Shown here: positions 39,908 to 50,195 of the stretch, in pieces
Layout of the letters: each line of letters opens with the position of its first letter
Numbering within the stretch: position 1 is the stretch's first letter
Source of the DNA: an uncultured Bacillales bacterium
GTDB taxonomy: Bacteria; Bacillota_I; Bacilli_A; RF39; UBA660
Direction: 5' to 3'
Assembly: GCA_946611235.1 (NCBI GenBank)
Contig: CAMODE010000050.1
Coordinates: 1-61,567, forward strand
DNA: 61,567 nucleotides
The notes under the pieces: generated by a model
The model's database searches: none
What the model saw: only the letters and a program-made list of their open reading frames with translations
Told to the model about the DNA's origin: nothing
Made by a program: the position numbers and the translations under genes

Positions 39908-40765
39908 TTATACTAACCTTTTTAAGATGTCTTTTATCATATCATAATTATCTATTTTATTTATACTAAAACACTTTATTCCTAGGTCTTTAAATGAAGA
40001 TCCGCAGTGATACAATGTTTTATTATCGATTATGATATACCGATCATGAAAGCCATTATTATACTTTAACTCTACATTATTATATTGAGATTTATACCTA
40101 TTAATTAATTCTTCATCTACATTTTTACTATATACTACTACCTTCTTATTAGTTTTAGAAAGCATATCAAATAATTTCTTATTAGCGTAATTATCAACAA
40201 TTATAATATTTTTTTAAGAACTATCTAATATATCTAATAATAGTGAATATGCATCATATATTTGTCCTTCATAAAATATCTCATTACTAAATGTTTTACT
40301 ACTGAAATTATTTTCTAGTAATTTGATTCTTTCATCATGTTCTAATAGCATTTTTTTATAAAAACTATTTTCTAATAAATTGCAGGATATAAGATTCTTC
40401 ATCTTAACAAATGCTTCGATTACAAGAATTGTTGTATTAATAGCAGTATCACTTTTTAGTATAGTTCCTAACATCAAACAGCCCTCTTCGGTAAAAACTC
40501 TAGGATTGTATCTTCGACCACCATAGTTATTTTCTGAACTTGAGGTCGAAAATTTCGACCTCAAGTTTTTATTTTCAGTATCTGAAAGAATAAAACAATA
40601 TCTTTCAGGAAATTTTTTAGGATTATTTTTAACTGCTTCATTAACTCTTTTTGTCTCGACATGATAAACTTTAGCTAAATCCGAATCTAGCATTACTTGT
40701 TTTCCTCTTACTTCATATATCATATCCTCCATTTTTATATTATCTATAACTTCAATTTCATCCAT
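39908..40765 (-). pseudogene. ORF6N (KilA-N-like) domain protein with C-terminal PLD-like domain, interrupted by an in-frame TAA
   Basis: IYEVRGKQVMLDSDLA, GGRRYNP.VFTEEG. Stop at 40214-40216 is in frame with KNIIIVDNY...FHDRYIIID...LYHCGSSFKDLG. Confidence 0.82.
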
Positions 40766-40770
40766 CTTTT

Positions 40771-40830
40771 CTCCCTTCTGTTCTCCATTTTGCAATTATT
40801 TATTATAGTCTAAATCACTTAGGTAGTCAA
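40771..40830 (-). promoter_or_regulatory. Sigma-A promoter plus conserved downstream motif (copy 3 of 3)
   Basis: TTGACT-17nt-TATAAT-AAATAATTGCAAAATGGAGAACAGAAGGGAG. Confidence 0.75.
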
Positions 40831-40862
40831 GATATTACAAGAGAATATTTAAAAAAGAAAAC

Positions 40863-42392
40863 TCATGCTCTTTTAAGTTTTCTTTTAATCATATTAAATA
40901 TTCTATTAAATAGATTCTTAGCATCATCACTTATAAAATATAATATAGATGATGTTAATCCTATTATTAAGACAAATATTAATCCTAATTTTAATACGGT
41001 AGTAATTAGTCCAGTGCTAGTAGATAAGAAGAAATGTTCTACTGGGATAAGGAGTAATGATAAAGCTATATATACTATTATTACAATAATAAAATCTTTT
41101 AAAGTATTAAAGAGACTTTTATCTTTAAATATTTTCTTAGTTACCGTACTTGATTTTAATAAGATATTTACTAAGAAGGCAATAGCAGTACCTAGTAGTA
41201 TTCCATTTATACTAAAGAAGTTTATTAATAAAATAGATAATACTAAATTAATAGTAGCGCAGATAAAGATATGTCTTTTATTATCTTTAAATAATCCGTC
41301 AGCATTAATTAATGCCACTAGTGGATAATATAAGATATTTAAGAATAGTGTTGTAGTAAATAAAAATACAGTTAAATAACTTAAGATATAATTATCTTTT
41401 CCTACCCATATTGATACAAAGCCTCTTATTCCTATCATAAAGGTTAAACACATACTAAAGGCTATAAGAATAAATAGCATTAAAAATTCTTTATATAATG
41501 GATGAACTCTTTTTTCTTCCTTTTTAGCAAAGACATTTCCAAAAGAATATACAGAAGAGAGTTCGACTCGGGAAGCAACTTCTCCTAGAAATCTTAAGAT
41601 ATAGTTATAAGTTGTATAGATACTTACCATAATAGGTCCATTAAAGCCCATTAATAATAAAGCATCGATATTATTTAAGACTAAATATCCTACCTGAGTC
41701 CATGCTAAATCTTTAGTCATTTTAACCATAGATGTATCTTTTCTTGCTATTTCATGTAACTCTGGATATTTCTTTTTAACGACTATTCTATTTATTATTT
41801 CTTCAAGTATTTTCATAGTTAATATGACAATGGCAATAGACTCTAATGTTCTAAATTTAATCGTTACTAAAACTATTAGGATATCACATAGTATTTTTAC
41901 ACTATTAAAAATTAGGGAATATGCATATTTTTCTTGAGCAGCCGATAAGACGGCAGAAAATGTTTGTCCTTTACCAAAGTATGATATTAAGTATGATGTT
42001 GATATGATAAAGAAACATATTAAGGCTGATGCTTTATATCCTTCTTCAAAGTGATAGAAGAGATATAATCCAATAGTTACTAAGAAGATTATTCCTAGTA
42101 TAATAAGACCTATTATTTTAAATACTTTTCTTGCTCCCCCATATATAGCATTAATATCATCTTTATTGTTATCGGCAAATGGTTTATATAAACTATAGAT
42201 AACAGCATCAGAAAAGCCTGCTTGGGCTAGAAAGACATAGGATATTATTTGATTTATTGTTTGATAGTAACCATTTCCTACATCTCCGATATAGTTTATT
42301 AAGACATTCATCTTTACTAAACCTATTATACCTATTATAAGATAAGGTAAAATATCACATACCATATTTAAAAATATTTTCTTTGTACGCAC
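40863..42392 (-). CDS. Polysaccharide flippase (Wzx/MATE-like)
   Basis: MRTKKIFLN start, YSLYKP, many TM helices. Confidence 0.8.
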   Translation of the reverse strand: MRTKKIFLNMVCDILPYLIIGIIGLVKMNVLINYIGDVGNGYYQTINQIISYVFLAQAGFSDAVIYSLYKPFADNNKDDINAIYGGARKVFKIIGLIILGIIFLVTIGLYLFYHFEEGYKASALICFFIISTSYLISYFGKGQTFSAVLSAAQEKYAYSLIFNSVKILCDILIVLVTIKFRTLESIAIVILTMKILEEIINRIVVKKKYPELHEIARKDTSMVKMTKDLAWTQVGYLVLNNIDALLLMGFNGPIMVSIYTTYNYILRFLGEVASRVELSSVYSFGNVFAKKEEKRVHPLYKEFLMLFILIAFSMCLTFMIGIRGFVSIWVGKDNYILSYLTVFLFTTTLFLNILYYPLVALINADGLFKDNKRHIFICATINLVLSILLINFFSINGILLGTAIAFLVNILLKSSTVTKKIFKDKSLFNTLKDFIIVIIVYIALSLLLIPVEHFFLSTSTGLITTVLKLGLIFVLIIGLTSSILYFISDDAKNLFNRIFNMIKRKLKRA

Positions 42393-42449
42393 TTTTTATC
42401 ACTTCCATTACTATCATATCATAATTTTTATTTATTATAAAGAAAAAGA

Positions 42450-42635
42450 TTATGAGTTTACACTTTCTCTATAAATTATTAAAGCGGTAAAGCAGTAGAT
42501 TTGTTCTTCAGAGTATACTGAGCATGAAGTAGATAATTTTATATCTATTACTTCAATATTATTTTCACTAATAAATTTATTTACTTCTTTTTCTAGATCA
42601 CTTTCATGGCCTTCATCAATTATTTTTACTTTCAT
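42450..42635 (-). CDS. Sporulation protein Cse60 / DUF2758
   Basis: MKVKIIDEGHESDLEKEVNKF...IDIK...YCFTALIIY. Confidence 0.8.
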   Translation of the reverse strand: MKVKIIDEGHESDLEKEVNKFISENNIEVIDIKLSTSCSVYSEEQIYCFTALIIYRESVNS

Positions 42636-42690
42636 AATCTCACCAAAAAAAGTATATAACTTATATTATATACTTTTTTGTCATATTATG

Positions 42691-43149
42691 TTATCCTCTT
42701 TGTACTTCGTAATATATTTCTTCTTTTTCATTTTCATCAGTTGTATATTCTAAATATAATTTAAATTTTACATCTGATAAGTCATCAGAACTAACAATGG
42801 TGCCTTCTAGAGTAAGGGAATTATTACTATCTATTAATAGTTCTTTTTCTTTATCAAATATTCCTATACTAGGATATGTATCGATAGTGTCATAATTATG
42901 TATTAGAAGGGCTTTAATATGATGCATATTTATTTTAGGATTATTAATAGTAAGAGTATAAGTAACGGTATCTCCATCTCTGTTTATATTAAAAAATGCA
43001 TTAAATTCTAAACTATCATGGATAGAAAATTCTTCTTGCTTTTCTAAATTGTTTTTATATTCTAGATAAGCAAATTTATCTTCTTCTACTTTACTTGTAC
43101 ACCCTATTAGTAAAAGAAACAAGGGTATTATTAGTAATACTTTTTTCAT
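42691..43149 (-). CDS. Putative lipoprotein
   Basis: LLLIGC lipobox. Confidence 0.65.
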   Translation of the reverse strand: MKKVLLIIPLFLLLIGCTSKVEEDKFAYLEYKNNLEKQEEFSIHDSLEFNAFFNINRDGDTVTYTLTINNPKINMHHIKALLIHNYDTIDTYPSIGIFDKEKELLIDSNNSLTLEGTIVSSDDLSDVKFKLYLEYTTDENEKEEIYYEVQRG

Positions 43150-44363
43150 AATCTTTCCTCGATTCTTAATAGTCTATTATATTTTGATGTTCTTTCTCCT
43201 CTTGATAAAGAGCCTGTCTTTAACTGACCAGCAGAAAGTCCTACAGCAAAATCTGCTATATAGGAGTCATCTGTCTCACCACTTCGATGTGATATGATGG
43301 TATTATAATTATTATCTTTAGCTAACTTAATAGTATCTAATGTTTCAGTTACTGTTCCTATTTGATTTAGTTTAATTAAAATAGCATTAGCAATACCCAT
43401 ATCTATTCCCATTTGTAATAGTTTTTTATTAGTTACAAATAGGTCATCTCCAACTATCTGAATATCTCCTAATTCTTTGGTTAATAATTTCCATCCTTCA
43501 TAGTCTTCTTCATCTAAACCATCTTCGATCGATATAATTGGATAGTCTTTTATTAAATCTTTATAGTAGTCTATTAGTTCTGTACTAGTTACTTCTTTTC
43601 CTTCAAGGGTGTATATACCATTATCATAGAATTCTGAAGCAGCAACATCTAAGGCAATATTTACATCTTTACCAAAGACATAACCTGATTTTTCTACGGA
43701 TTCTTTTATTAAATCTAAAGCTTCTCTAGTTGTATTTATATTAGGGGCAAAGCCTCCTTCATCTCCTACTCCACATAATAGATTTTTTTCTTTTAAGACA
43801 CTTTTTAAGGTATTAAATATTTCACTACCCATTCTTAGATTTTCTTTATACTCATTTTTATTTGGTACAATCATAAATTCTTGGAAGTCTAATTCATTAC
43901 TAGCATGAGCTCCTCCATTTAAGATATTCATCATACATCTTGGCATTGAATAATCTGTTCCTAAGTATTCATATAGTTCAATACCCTTTTCTTGAGCTGC
44001 TGCTTTAAGTACTGCTAGGGATACTCCTAGTATGGCATTTGCTCCTAGTACTTCTTTATTTTCGGTACCATCTTTTTCTATCATAATATTATCTATTTCT
44101 CTTTGACTAGATACTTCCATACCTACTAGTAATGGTGCTATGATATTATTAACATTGTTAACTGCTTTTAACACTCCTTTACCATGATATCTGTTTTGAT
44201 CATTATCTCTTAATTCTAGAGCCTCCCTTTTACCAGTAGATGCTCCACTTGGTACAGAAGCCATACTCTTTATTCCTGATTCTAAGGTAAGTTCTACCTC
44301 AACAGTAGGATTACCTCTTGAATCTAATATTTCTCTTGCATATATATTTTTTATTTTACTCAA
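43146..44363 (-). CDS. eno: Enolase
   Basis: [37 protein letters not shown]; probable TTG start after GGAGG. Confidence 0.97.
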   Translation of the reverse strand: MSKIKNIYAREILDSRGNPTVEVELTLESGIKSMASVPSGASTGKREALELRDNDQNRYHGKGVLKAVNNVNNIIAPLLVGMEVSSQREIDNIMIEKDGTENKEVLGANAILGVSLAVLKAAAQEKGIELYEYLGTDYSMPRCMMNILNGGAHASNELDFQEFMIVPNKNEYKENLRMGSEIFNTLKSVLKEKNLLCGVGDEGGFAPNINTTREALDLIKESVEKSGYVFGKDVNIALDVAASEFYDNGIYTLEGKEVTSTELIDYYKDLIKDYPIISIEDGLDEEDYEGWKLLTKELGDIQIVGDDLFVTNKKLLQMGIDMGIANAILIKLNQIGTVTETLDTIKLAKDNNYNTIISHRSGETDDSYIADFAVGLSAGQLKTGSLSRGERTSKYNRLLRIEERL

Positions 44364-44427
44364 GTTTATTACCTCCACAATAATTATACGAAATTAAATA
44401 TAAAAAATCAAGGTATATATTTTTGTG

Positions 44428-44910
44428 TTAATATACTTTATTATATTTACCAGCAAAATATACATTATGTCCAGCATATGGATTCATATTATCGGGATAT
44501 AACTCAGTAATTCTTACAGACTGTATATTATTTTCAGATGAAAACTCGAAGCTAATTATACTTTCTTTATCATCTATTTCTTCCTTAAATTCATATTTAT
44601 TAGTTTTTATCTTAGTAGCAGTACCTTTTACTTCACCAATATTTACATGTTCAATATCTATACCATGAACTGCAGATAGTTCAAAGTCTATTGAAGTATC
44701 CTTCTCATTTGATACTATTAAAGTTGCATCATGATAGGAATATTCATTTTCACTTTTATTATTATATGTACCACTTAATACTATTTCATTTACTACTTTT
44801 TCTTCTTCATTGTTTTTATTTAATACTTTTTCATAGACAATATATCCTGATAATATGATTAATATTAAAAGCAATATAATTATAATCTTATTTTTTTTCA
44901 TTTTTTTCAT
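44428..44910 (-). CDS. Hypothetical exported/membrane-anchored protein
   Basis: Basic N-terminus plus hydrophobic helix; starts 5 nt after the carrier-protein gene. Confidence 0.6.
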   Translation of the reverse strand: MKKMKKNKIIIILLLILIILSGYIVYEKVLNKNNEEEKVVNEIVLSGTYNNKSENEYSYHDATLIVSNEKDTSIDFELSAVHGIDIEHVNIGEVKGTATKIKTNKYEFKEEIDDKESIISFEFSSENNIQSVRITELYPDNMNPYAGHNVYFAGKYNKVY

Positions 44911-44914
44911 CCTC

Positions 44915-45148
44915 TTATTTATTATTAATAGTATCCTTAATTAGTTCTTCAATTAATCTAGGAGTTTTAAGTTTGCTTCTATCTATTCTTGTAGGTATTA
45001 AAGTAATACCTAAATCTTCTAATTTAGAAAATAATTCTATAAAAGCAAAGGAATCAAGAAGCCCACTATCAATTAGTTCACAATTCTTATCATAAACACT
45101 TTTATCTTCACATATTTCATATAATAAATCACATATATTTATATTCAT
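44915..45148 (-). CDS. DltC-like aminoacyl carrier protein
   Basis: 77 aa, GLLDSFAFIEL phosphopantetheine Ser motif, C-terminal TP. Confidence 0.85.
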   Translation of the reverse strand: MNINICDLLYEICEDKSVYDKNCELIDSGLLDSFAFIELFSKLEDLGITLIPTRIDRSKLKTPRLIEELIKDTINNK

Positions 45149-46563
45149 TATAAATCACTTAAACTCTTTCGATCATATTTACCATTATTATTTATTGGGA
45201 TACTATCTATTATTTCAATAGTTTTAGGTACCATATAACTAGGTATTAATTTAGATAGTTCTTTCTTTATATAGTTAGTATCTATATTTTTATTTATAGT
45301 AACATATCCTTTAATTAATTTAACAATATTATTATCTTTATATTTACATATTACGACAGCTTCTTTAATGCCATCTATTTTTAATAAGTTATTTTCAATA
45401 TCTCCTAGTTCAATACGATATCCCATATATTTTATTTGATTATCTAGTCTTCCTTTACAATATAGATAGTTATCTTCAATTATTCCTATGTCCCCTGTTT
45501 TATATGTATTTTTATTATTTTCTATATAACAATTATCACTATTTATATCTAAATATCCATCAAAGACACTATCTCCCTTTAATACTATTTCATTATCTTT
45601 TATTAATATATCAACAGCACTAGTATTTATTTTTCCTACAGGTAGATATTCTTTAGATAACATACTATCTTCTATCTGCAATAAAGATACACAGCAAGTA
45701 GCCTCTGTTGGCCCATAGGCATTTATTATTTTGATATTTTTAAATCTTTCTTTAATCTTTTTAACTGTAGATACTTCGAGTAATTCACCACAAAAGAACA
45801 TATATTTAATACTTGAATAATTTTCTTCATTAAAGTCATTATCTATTAATAGCATCTTGATAAAGGTAGGAGTCATTATTAAGAAATTTATTTCATTATC
45901 TTTAATAGCACTATATACTTTAGATAGATTACTCTTATCATCACTACTTATTCCTATGATACTATTATTTTTGTAAATAGAAAAATATAAGTCCATAACA
46001 CTTAAATCAAAACTAAAACTAGCTTGACTAAGTACATTGATATTACTGCAATCTTTAAATTCTTCTAAATTTGTTATCCAATTTATAAAGTTATTTAAAT
46101 TTTTATAACTAATTGGTACTCCTTTTGATTTACCAGTAGAACCACTAGTAAAGATAGTATAAGCATATTTATTATTATTTTCATAATATTTATTAATATT
46201 ATCATATCTAGTATTTAATTCTTCTATGGAAAGACACTCAGTATTATTAATTATTATTTCATTATCACTAAGAATTAAAGTAACTCCTGTTTCATTTATG
46301 ATGTCTTCAATTCGATATAAGGGAGTACATGTATATAATGGTATATAGCATCTATGGGCTACAATACATGATAATATTGATATAACAGTATCAACGCTTT
46401 TATCTCCATATATGATAATAGGACTACTTCCTTGTTTTTTTAAATTATTAGATAGTTTAAGTACCCTTTCATAACATTCTTTATAAGTTATCATTTCTTC
46501 ATCTATTTTATAAAATAAATTATTATTACCTTTTTTTAATATATTTAATAAATTATCAATCAT
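45148..46563 (-). CDS. DltA-like adenylation enzyme (D-alanine-carrier protein ligase-like)
   Basis: FTSGSTGKSKG, QASFSFDLSVMD, FFCGE, NAYGPTEAT, YKTGD, GRLDNQIK, NGKYDR. Confidence 0.88.
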   Translation of the reverse strand: MIDNLLNILKKGNNNLFYKIDEEMITYKECYERVLKLSNNLKKQGSSPIIIYGDKSVDTVISILSCIVAHRCYIPLYTCTPLYRIEDIINETGVTLILSDNEIIINNTECLSIEELNTRYDNINKYYENNNKYAYTIFTSGSTGKSKGVPISYKNLNNFINWITNLEEFKDCSNINVLSQASFSFDLSVMDLYFSIYKNNSIIGISSDDKSNLSKVYSAIKDNEINFLIMTPTFIKMLLIDNDFNEENYSSIKYMFFCGELLEVSTVKKIKERFKNIKIINAYGPTEATCCVSLLQIEDSMLSKEYLPVGKINTSAVDILIKDNEIVLKGDSVFDGYLDINSDNCYIENNKNTYKTGDIGIIEDNYLYCKGRLDNQIKYMGYRIELGDIENNLLKIDGIKEAVVICKYKDNNIVKLIKGYVTINKNIDTNYIKKELSKLIPSYMVPKTIEIIDSIPINNNGKYDRKSLSDL

Positions 46564-47383
46564 TTCTTATCTCACTTTCCGGTATTAAAGAATAATCATA
46601 CATAACTTCCGAATGATTATCTAATATCAATTCTTTATTTATTTCTTTATTTGTTTTTTTATCAATAGTTATTTTATAAACCTGGGATACACGATAGTAT
46701 TTATTTCCTTCTTTTTTAAAATGATGATTTTCTTCTACTAATTTGTATCGATAAGGGAATTCTTTTTCACTTCTTAGTTCTCCGCATAGCACGTCATCAT
46801 CAACCCATAGTAATAGTTGTACATCATTATCGGTATTATTTTTAAATCTATAATCTAAATAATTATAAAAGACTGATGTCCCTGTACCAAATGGCACTCT
46901 TCTTCTTTCATCAGGAAATAAAGCATCAGAATGATGATGTAGTTCGACATCTTCTAATGGACTATTTAATACTAAGTAATGAATCATATTAGCAAGTTGA
47001 CAAAGGCCTCCTCCGACATCGTGAGTTAGACCATGTCTACTAATAACTAATCCTTCTTTATATCCCTTTCTACGAGTAGGTTCTCCGACTAAATACCAAA
47101 AAGAAAATATTTCTCCCGGATGAATAATAAGTCCATTTATTTTAGAGGCTGCTATCTGTAAATTGGTTTTTTTATTTACTTGAAGTTCCATATCAACATT
47201 ATGTAGTTTTCTTAAGATTATTGATGTATGACTCTTAACAATATTAGGCAGTTCATTACTATCTTTATCTTTTGCTAATACTTTGTTATCTAATTTGTTT
47301 TTTATATTTCTTTTAGTTCTTTCTTTAAATACAGAAATATCATAAAATAATGGATTAATTTCACAAAATAATTTTCTTCCCAT
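46556..47383 (-). CDS. VanW family protein, no signal peptide
   Basis: IHPGEIFSFW, GYKEG, GGGLCQ, ELHHHS, DYRFKN. Confidence 0.88.
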   Translation of the reverse strand: MGRKLFCEINPLFYDISVFKERTKRNIKNKLDNKVLAKDKDSNELPNIVKSHTSIILRKLHNVDMELQVNKKTNLQIAASKINGLIIHPGEIFSFWYLVGEPTRRKGYKEGLVISRHGLTHDVGGGLCQLANMIHYLVLNSPLEDVELHHHSDALFPDERRRVPFGTGTSVFYNYLDYRFKNNTDNDVQLLLWVDDDVLCGELRSEKEFPYRYKLVEENHHFKKEGNKYYRVSQVYKITIDKKTNKEINKELILDNHSEVMYDYSLIPESEIRND

Positions 47384-47443
47384 AATATATACTCCTTACT
47401 TTTAAATAACTGCTAAATGTTATATAATAATCTTGGTGATTAA

Positions 47444-48007
47444 ATGTTTTATACTTACGATAATATTAATAATTATATAGATAATGATTATATAGATATG
47501 TATAATAGTTTAAATATACTAGATAAAAATAAAATTGATAAACTAATTAATACTAATGATAAGAAACTAGCAATATTATCAAAGTATCTCCTTAAGACTA
47601 TTTTATCACAAAAATATCATTTAGACTATAATAATATTTATTATAATGAAAATAGCAAACCTTTAATTAAGGGAATATACTTTAATATATCACATTCTAA
47701 TGATTATGTAGTAGTAGTATTTTCGAGTAATAAGATTGGTATTGATATCGAAAAAGTAAGAGAAGTAAACCTAAATATTATTAATTATTTTTGTAATGAT
47801 AAAGAAAAAGACTATATACTTAAAACTGATAATAAGTATAAGTGTCTATTTAAAATATATACCTTTAAGGAAGCTTATATTAAAATGCTTGGTAATAATT
47901 TATTCAATATAAAAAAGATAGATTCTTTTAATATAGATAATCTTAATATTAAAAGAATCGATGATATACCAGAATATATAATTACAATAATAGAAAAACC
48001 AGAATAG
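47444..48007 (+). CDS. Sfp-type 4'-phosphopantetheinyl transferase
   Basis: KP, FNISHS, IGIDIE, TFKEAYIK. Confidence 0.9.
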   Translation: MFYTYDNINNYIDNDYIDMYNSLNILDKNKIDKLINTNDKKLAILSKYLLKTILSQKYHLDYNNIYYNENSKPLIKGIYFNISHSNDYVVVVFSSNKIGIDIEKVREVNLNIINYFCNDKEKDYILKTDNKYKCLFKIYTFKEAYIKMLGNNLFNIKKIDSFNIDNLNIKRIDDIPEYIITIIEKPE

Positions 48008-48018
48008 TTTCTGGTTTT
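47995..48018. terminator. Bidirectional terminator
   Basis: AAAACCAGAA-TAGT-TTCTGGTTTT between convergent genes. Confidence 0.65.
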
Positions 48019-48766
48019 AAAATTTATATTGTTCATATAAGGAATCATTTATTTTGCTTTTAGCTATTGGTATTTTTACTTCTTGATTACTTATAGAGTT
48101 CTTAGGCAAAATTATCACTAACTGATTATATTCAAAATACCATGTTTCTTCTTTACTTAGTAATTCATCAAGACTTTGTCTTTCTTCTTTTTCATAGTAG
48201 ACCTGTGATTTTATCTCTTCAGACATTTCAATATAATCTTCACATTCTTTTTTTACAATATCAAATGCACCTTGACCAATATCCTTTAAAGTTAATATTT
48301 TACCGGTTTTAGCATCAAAGTTATATGCTGATTCATTATTCCAGGTTACTCCTCCAAAATTACCAGTCATTTCTAAAGTAAAGGATAATCTACCACTTGT
48401 AACAATTGATTCTTTATATAATAGTGTTATACCCATGTCTTCTTCTTTAACGTTACTTTCTACCACATCATCAGTAGTCTTTTTAATATTATCCCACTCT
48501 TTATTAGATACTTCAGTTAAATAATTAGTTATTGTATTTGCTACTTCTTTATTACTACTATTTGTAATACTAGGTATATTTCTTAAATTTTTTATTTCGA
48601 TACCATCTATTGTACTTTTTACATATTCTTCTTCTTTATATGTTACACTAAATGTACTATTATCATTTTTATTTAATTTAATAGTACCAGTAAGTAATAA
48701 TGTAATAAAGGCAGTTAATCCTATAGCAACTACTAAAAGTATAATGATTATTGTATTTTTTTTCAT
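48017..48766 (-). CDS. RsiV/PdaC-like (DUF4163/DUF3298) exported protein
   Basis: TM anchor and YNFDAKTGKILTLKDI motif. Confidence 0.7.
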   Translation of the reverse strand: MKKNTIIIILLVVAIGLTAFITLLLTGTIKLNKNDNSTFSVTYKEEEYVKSTIDGIEIKNLRNIPSITNSSNKEVANTITNYLTEVSNKEWDNIKKTTDDVVESNVKEEDMGITLLYKESIVTSGRLSFTLEMTGNFGGVTWNNESAYNFDAKTGKILTLKDIGQGAFDIVKKECEDYIEMSEEIKSQVYYEKEERQSLDELLSKEETWYFEYNQLVIILPKNSISNQEVKIPIAKSKINDSLYEQYKF

Positions 48767-48855
48767 TTTTATCTATCTCCTATTCTTCTATAAGAATATA
48801 GCATATTAATTATTATAAATCAATATGCTATATTTAATTTTACATTTAGTTTACG

Positions 48856-49185
48856 TTATTTCTCTCCAGTTAGTATAGATATCTTATTGTGCAAATCACT
48901 TATTTTATTATTATAATTAGTAATACTATTATTTTTACTTTCAATATCTGTTTTTAATGATGTTACTTTATCATTTAAACTAACACTTTCATTATTTATT
49001 ATATCTATTTCTTCTTTTAATTTAGTATATTTATCGATATCATTATTTAAACTTATATATTTATCTTTATTAGATAATAATTCTTTATTTAACTTATATT
49101 CTTTATAATTAAAAATTAAGGCATTTATAAATGTAGTAAATATTAATATATTAATAACTAATAATAAGTATTTCATTTTTTTCAT
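48856..49185 (-). CDS. Small membrane-anchored coiled-coil protein
   Basis: TM helix plus heptad repeats; overlaps the stop of the C39 gene. Confidence 0.6.
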   Translation of the reverse strand: MKKMKYLLLVINILIFTTFINALIFNYKEYKLNKELLSNKDKYISLNNDIDKYTKLKEEIDIINNESVSLNDKVTSLKTDIESKNNSITNYNNKISDLHNKISILTGEK

Positions 49186-50195
49186 TAGTAATATACGACC
49201 TTCTTTCCAAAATAATTATATCTTGATTCAAAAGTACTTCGATTCTGATATTTTATTCTACCATCTATTGGATCAGATATTATTACTTCATTATCATTAT
49301 ATCCTATTAGTACAACAGCATGTTCTCCTGCTTTCCATGATATTTTTTCCATAGTAGGTTTATATATCCATGTCTTTGATATATAAGGAACAGACAATGA
49401 ATTAGAAGTCCATACTACTACTGGTCTATTGTTTTTAACAAGATTTAATACTTCACTAAATGGGTAATTATTTCTTACTATTACACCACTTTTATAAATA
49501 TTTGCGACATCCGCTACTGGATTTTCATATACCCCATAAGATAGTTCATCATAAGGATTACCAATAAACTCTAATTCAGGATTACCTCCATACATTACTC
49601 CTTCTTCTTCATAAGGAATACTTCCCTTTTTTAATTTATCAATAATATTATTAGGAGCAACACTTATTCCATAATATTTAAGTAAAATAGTTAGAGCAAC
49701 AGACTCACATCCTGTAGGATAATTAGGATACTGATTAATAGTGGGAACTCCTTCTATCTTAACTGTGGACTCTCTTATTTTTCTTTGTTTTTCCTCCCAT
49801 AATAAGTTATTATACTTTTTACTTAAACTATTATATTGTGTTTCAAGAGATAATAGTTTTTCATTAACAATATCAAATTCTTTTAATAAATCTTCAACTT
49901 CCTTAGTTTTTATTTCATTATCTTTTTCAATAATATCCATTTCTTCAATTAACTTATCTACTGTTATGGTATTATTATCTGATTTATTTAGTATTTCTTT
50001 TTCTAATTCTTTTTTTTGCTCTTCTAGTGATGATAAATTAATATTATTACTGGTATCTAATACTTCATTATCCGAAAAATATTTATATAACTTTCTATTA
50101 TCTTTTTTGATATTATTAATATTAATACATAGATATATTGTTAAACTAATAAATATTATTGATGGTATTAACCATAAAAAATACTTTTTCATCAT
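49185..50195 (-). CDS. C39-like peptidase (YvpB type) with TM anchor and coiled coil
   Basis: QYPNYPTGCE, EHAVVLIGY, ISDP. Confidence 0.85.
   Translation of the reverse strand: MMKKYFLWLIPSIIFISLTIYLCININNIKKDNRKLYKYFSDNEVLDTSNNINLSSLEEQKKELEKEILNKSDNNTITVDKLIEEMDIIEKDNEIKTKEVEDLLKEFDIVNEKLLSLETQYNSLSKKYNNLLWEEKQRKIRESTVKIEGVPTINQYPNYPTGCESVALTILLKYYGISVAPNNIIDKLKKGSIPYEEEGVMYGGNPELEFIGNPYDELSYGVYENPVADVANIYKSGVIVRNNYPFSEVLNLVKNNRPVVVWTSNSLSVPYISKTWIYKPTMEKISWKAGEHAVVLIGYNDNEVIISDPIDGRIKYQNRSTFESRYNYFGKKVVYY

Noticed and set aside
29161..47383. Vancomycin-resistance cluster (VanY-like and VanW genes)
   Set aside because: The genes are 16 kb apart and there is no vanHAX ligase set or vanRS; both families are common in susceptible bacteria.
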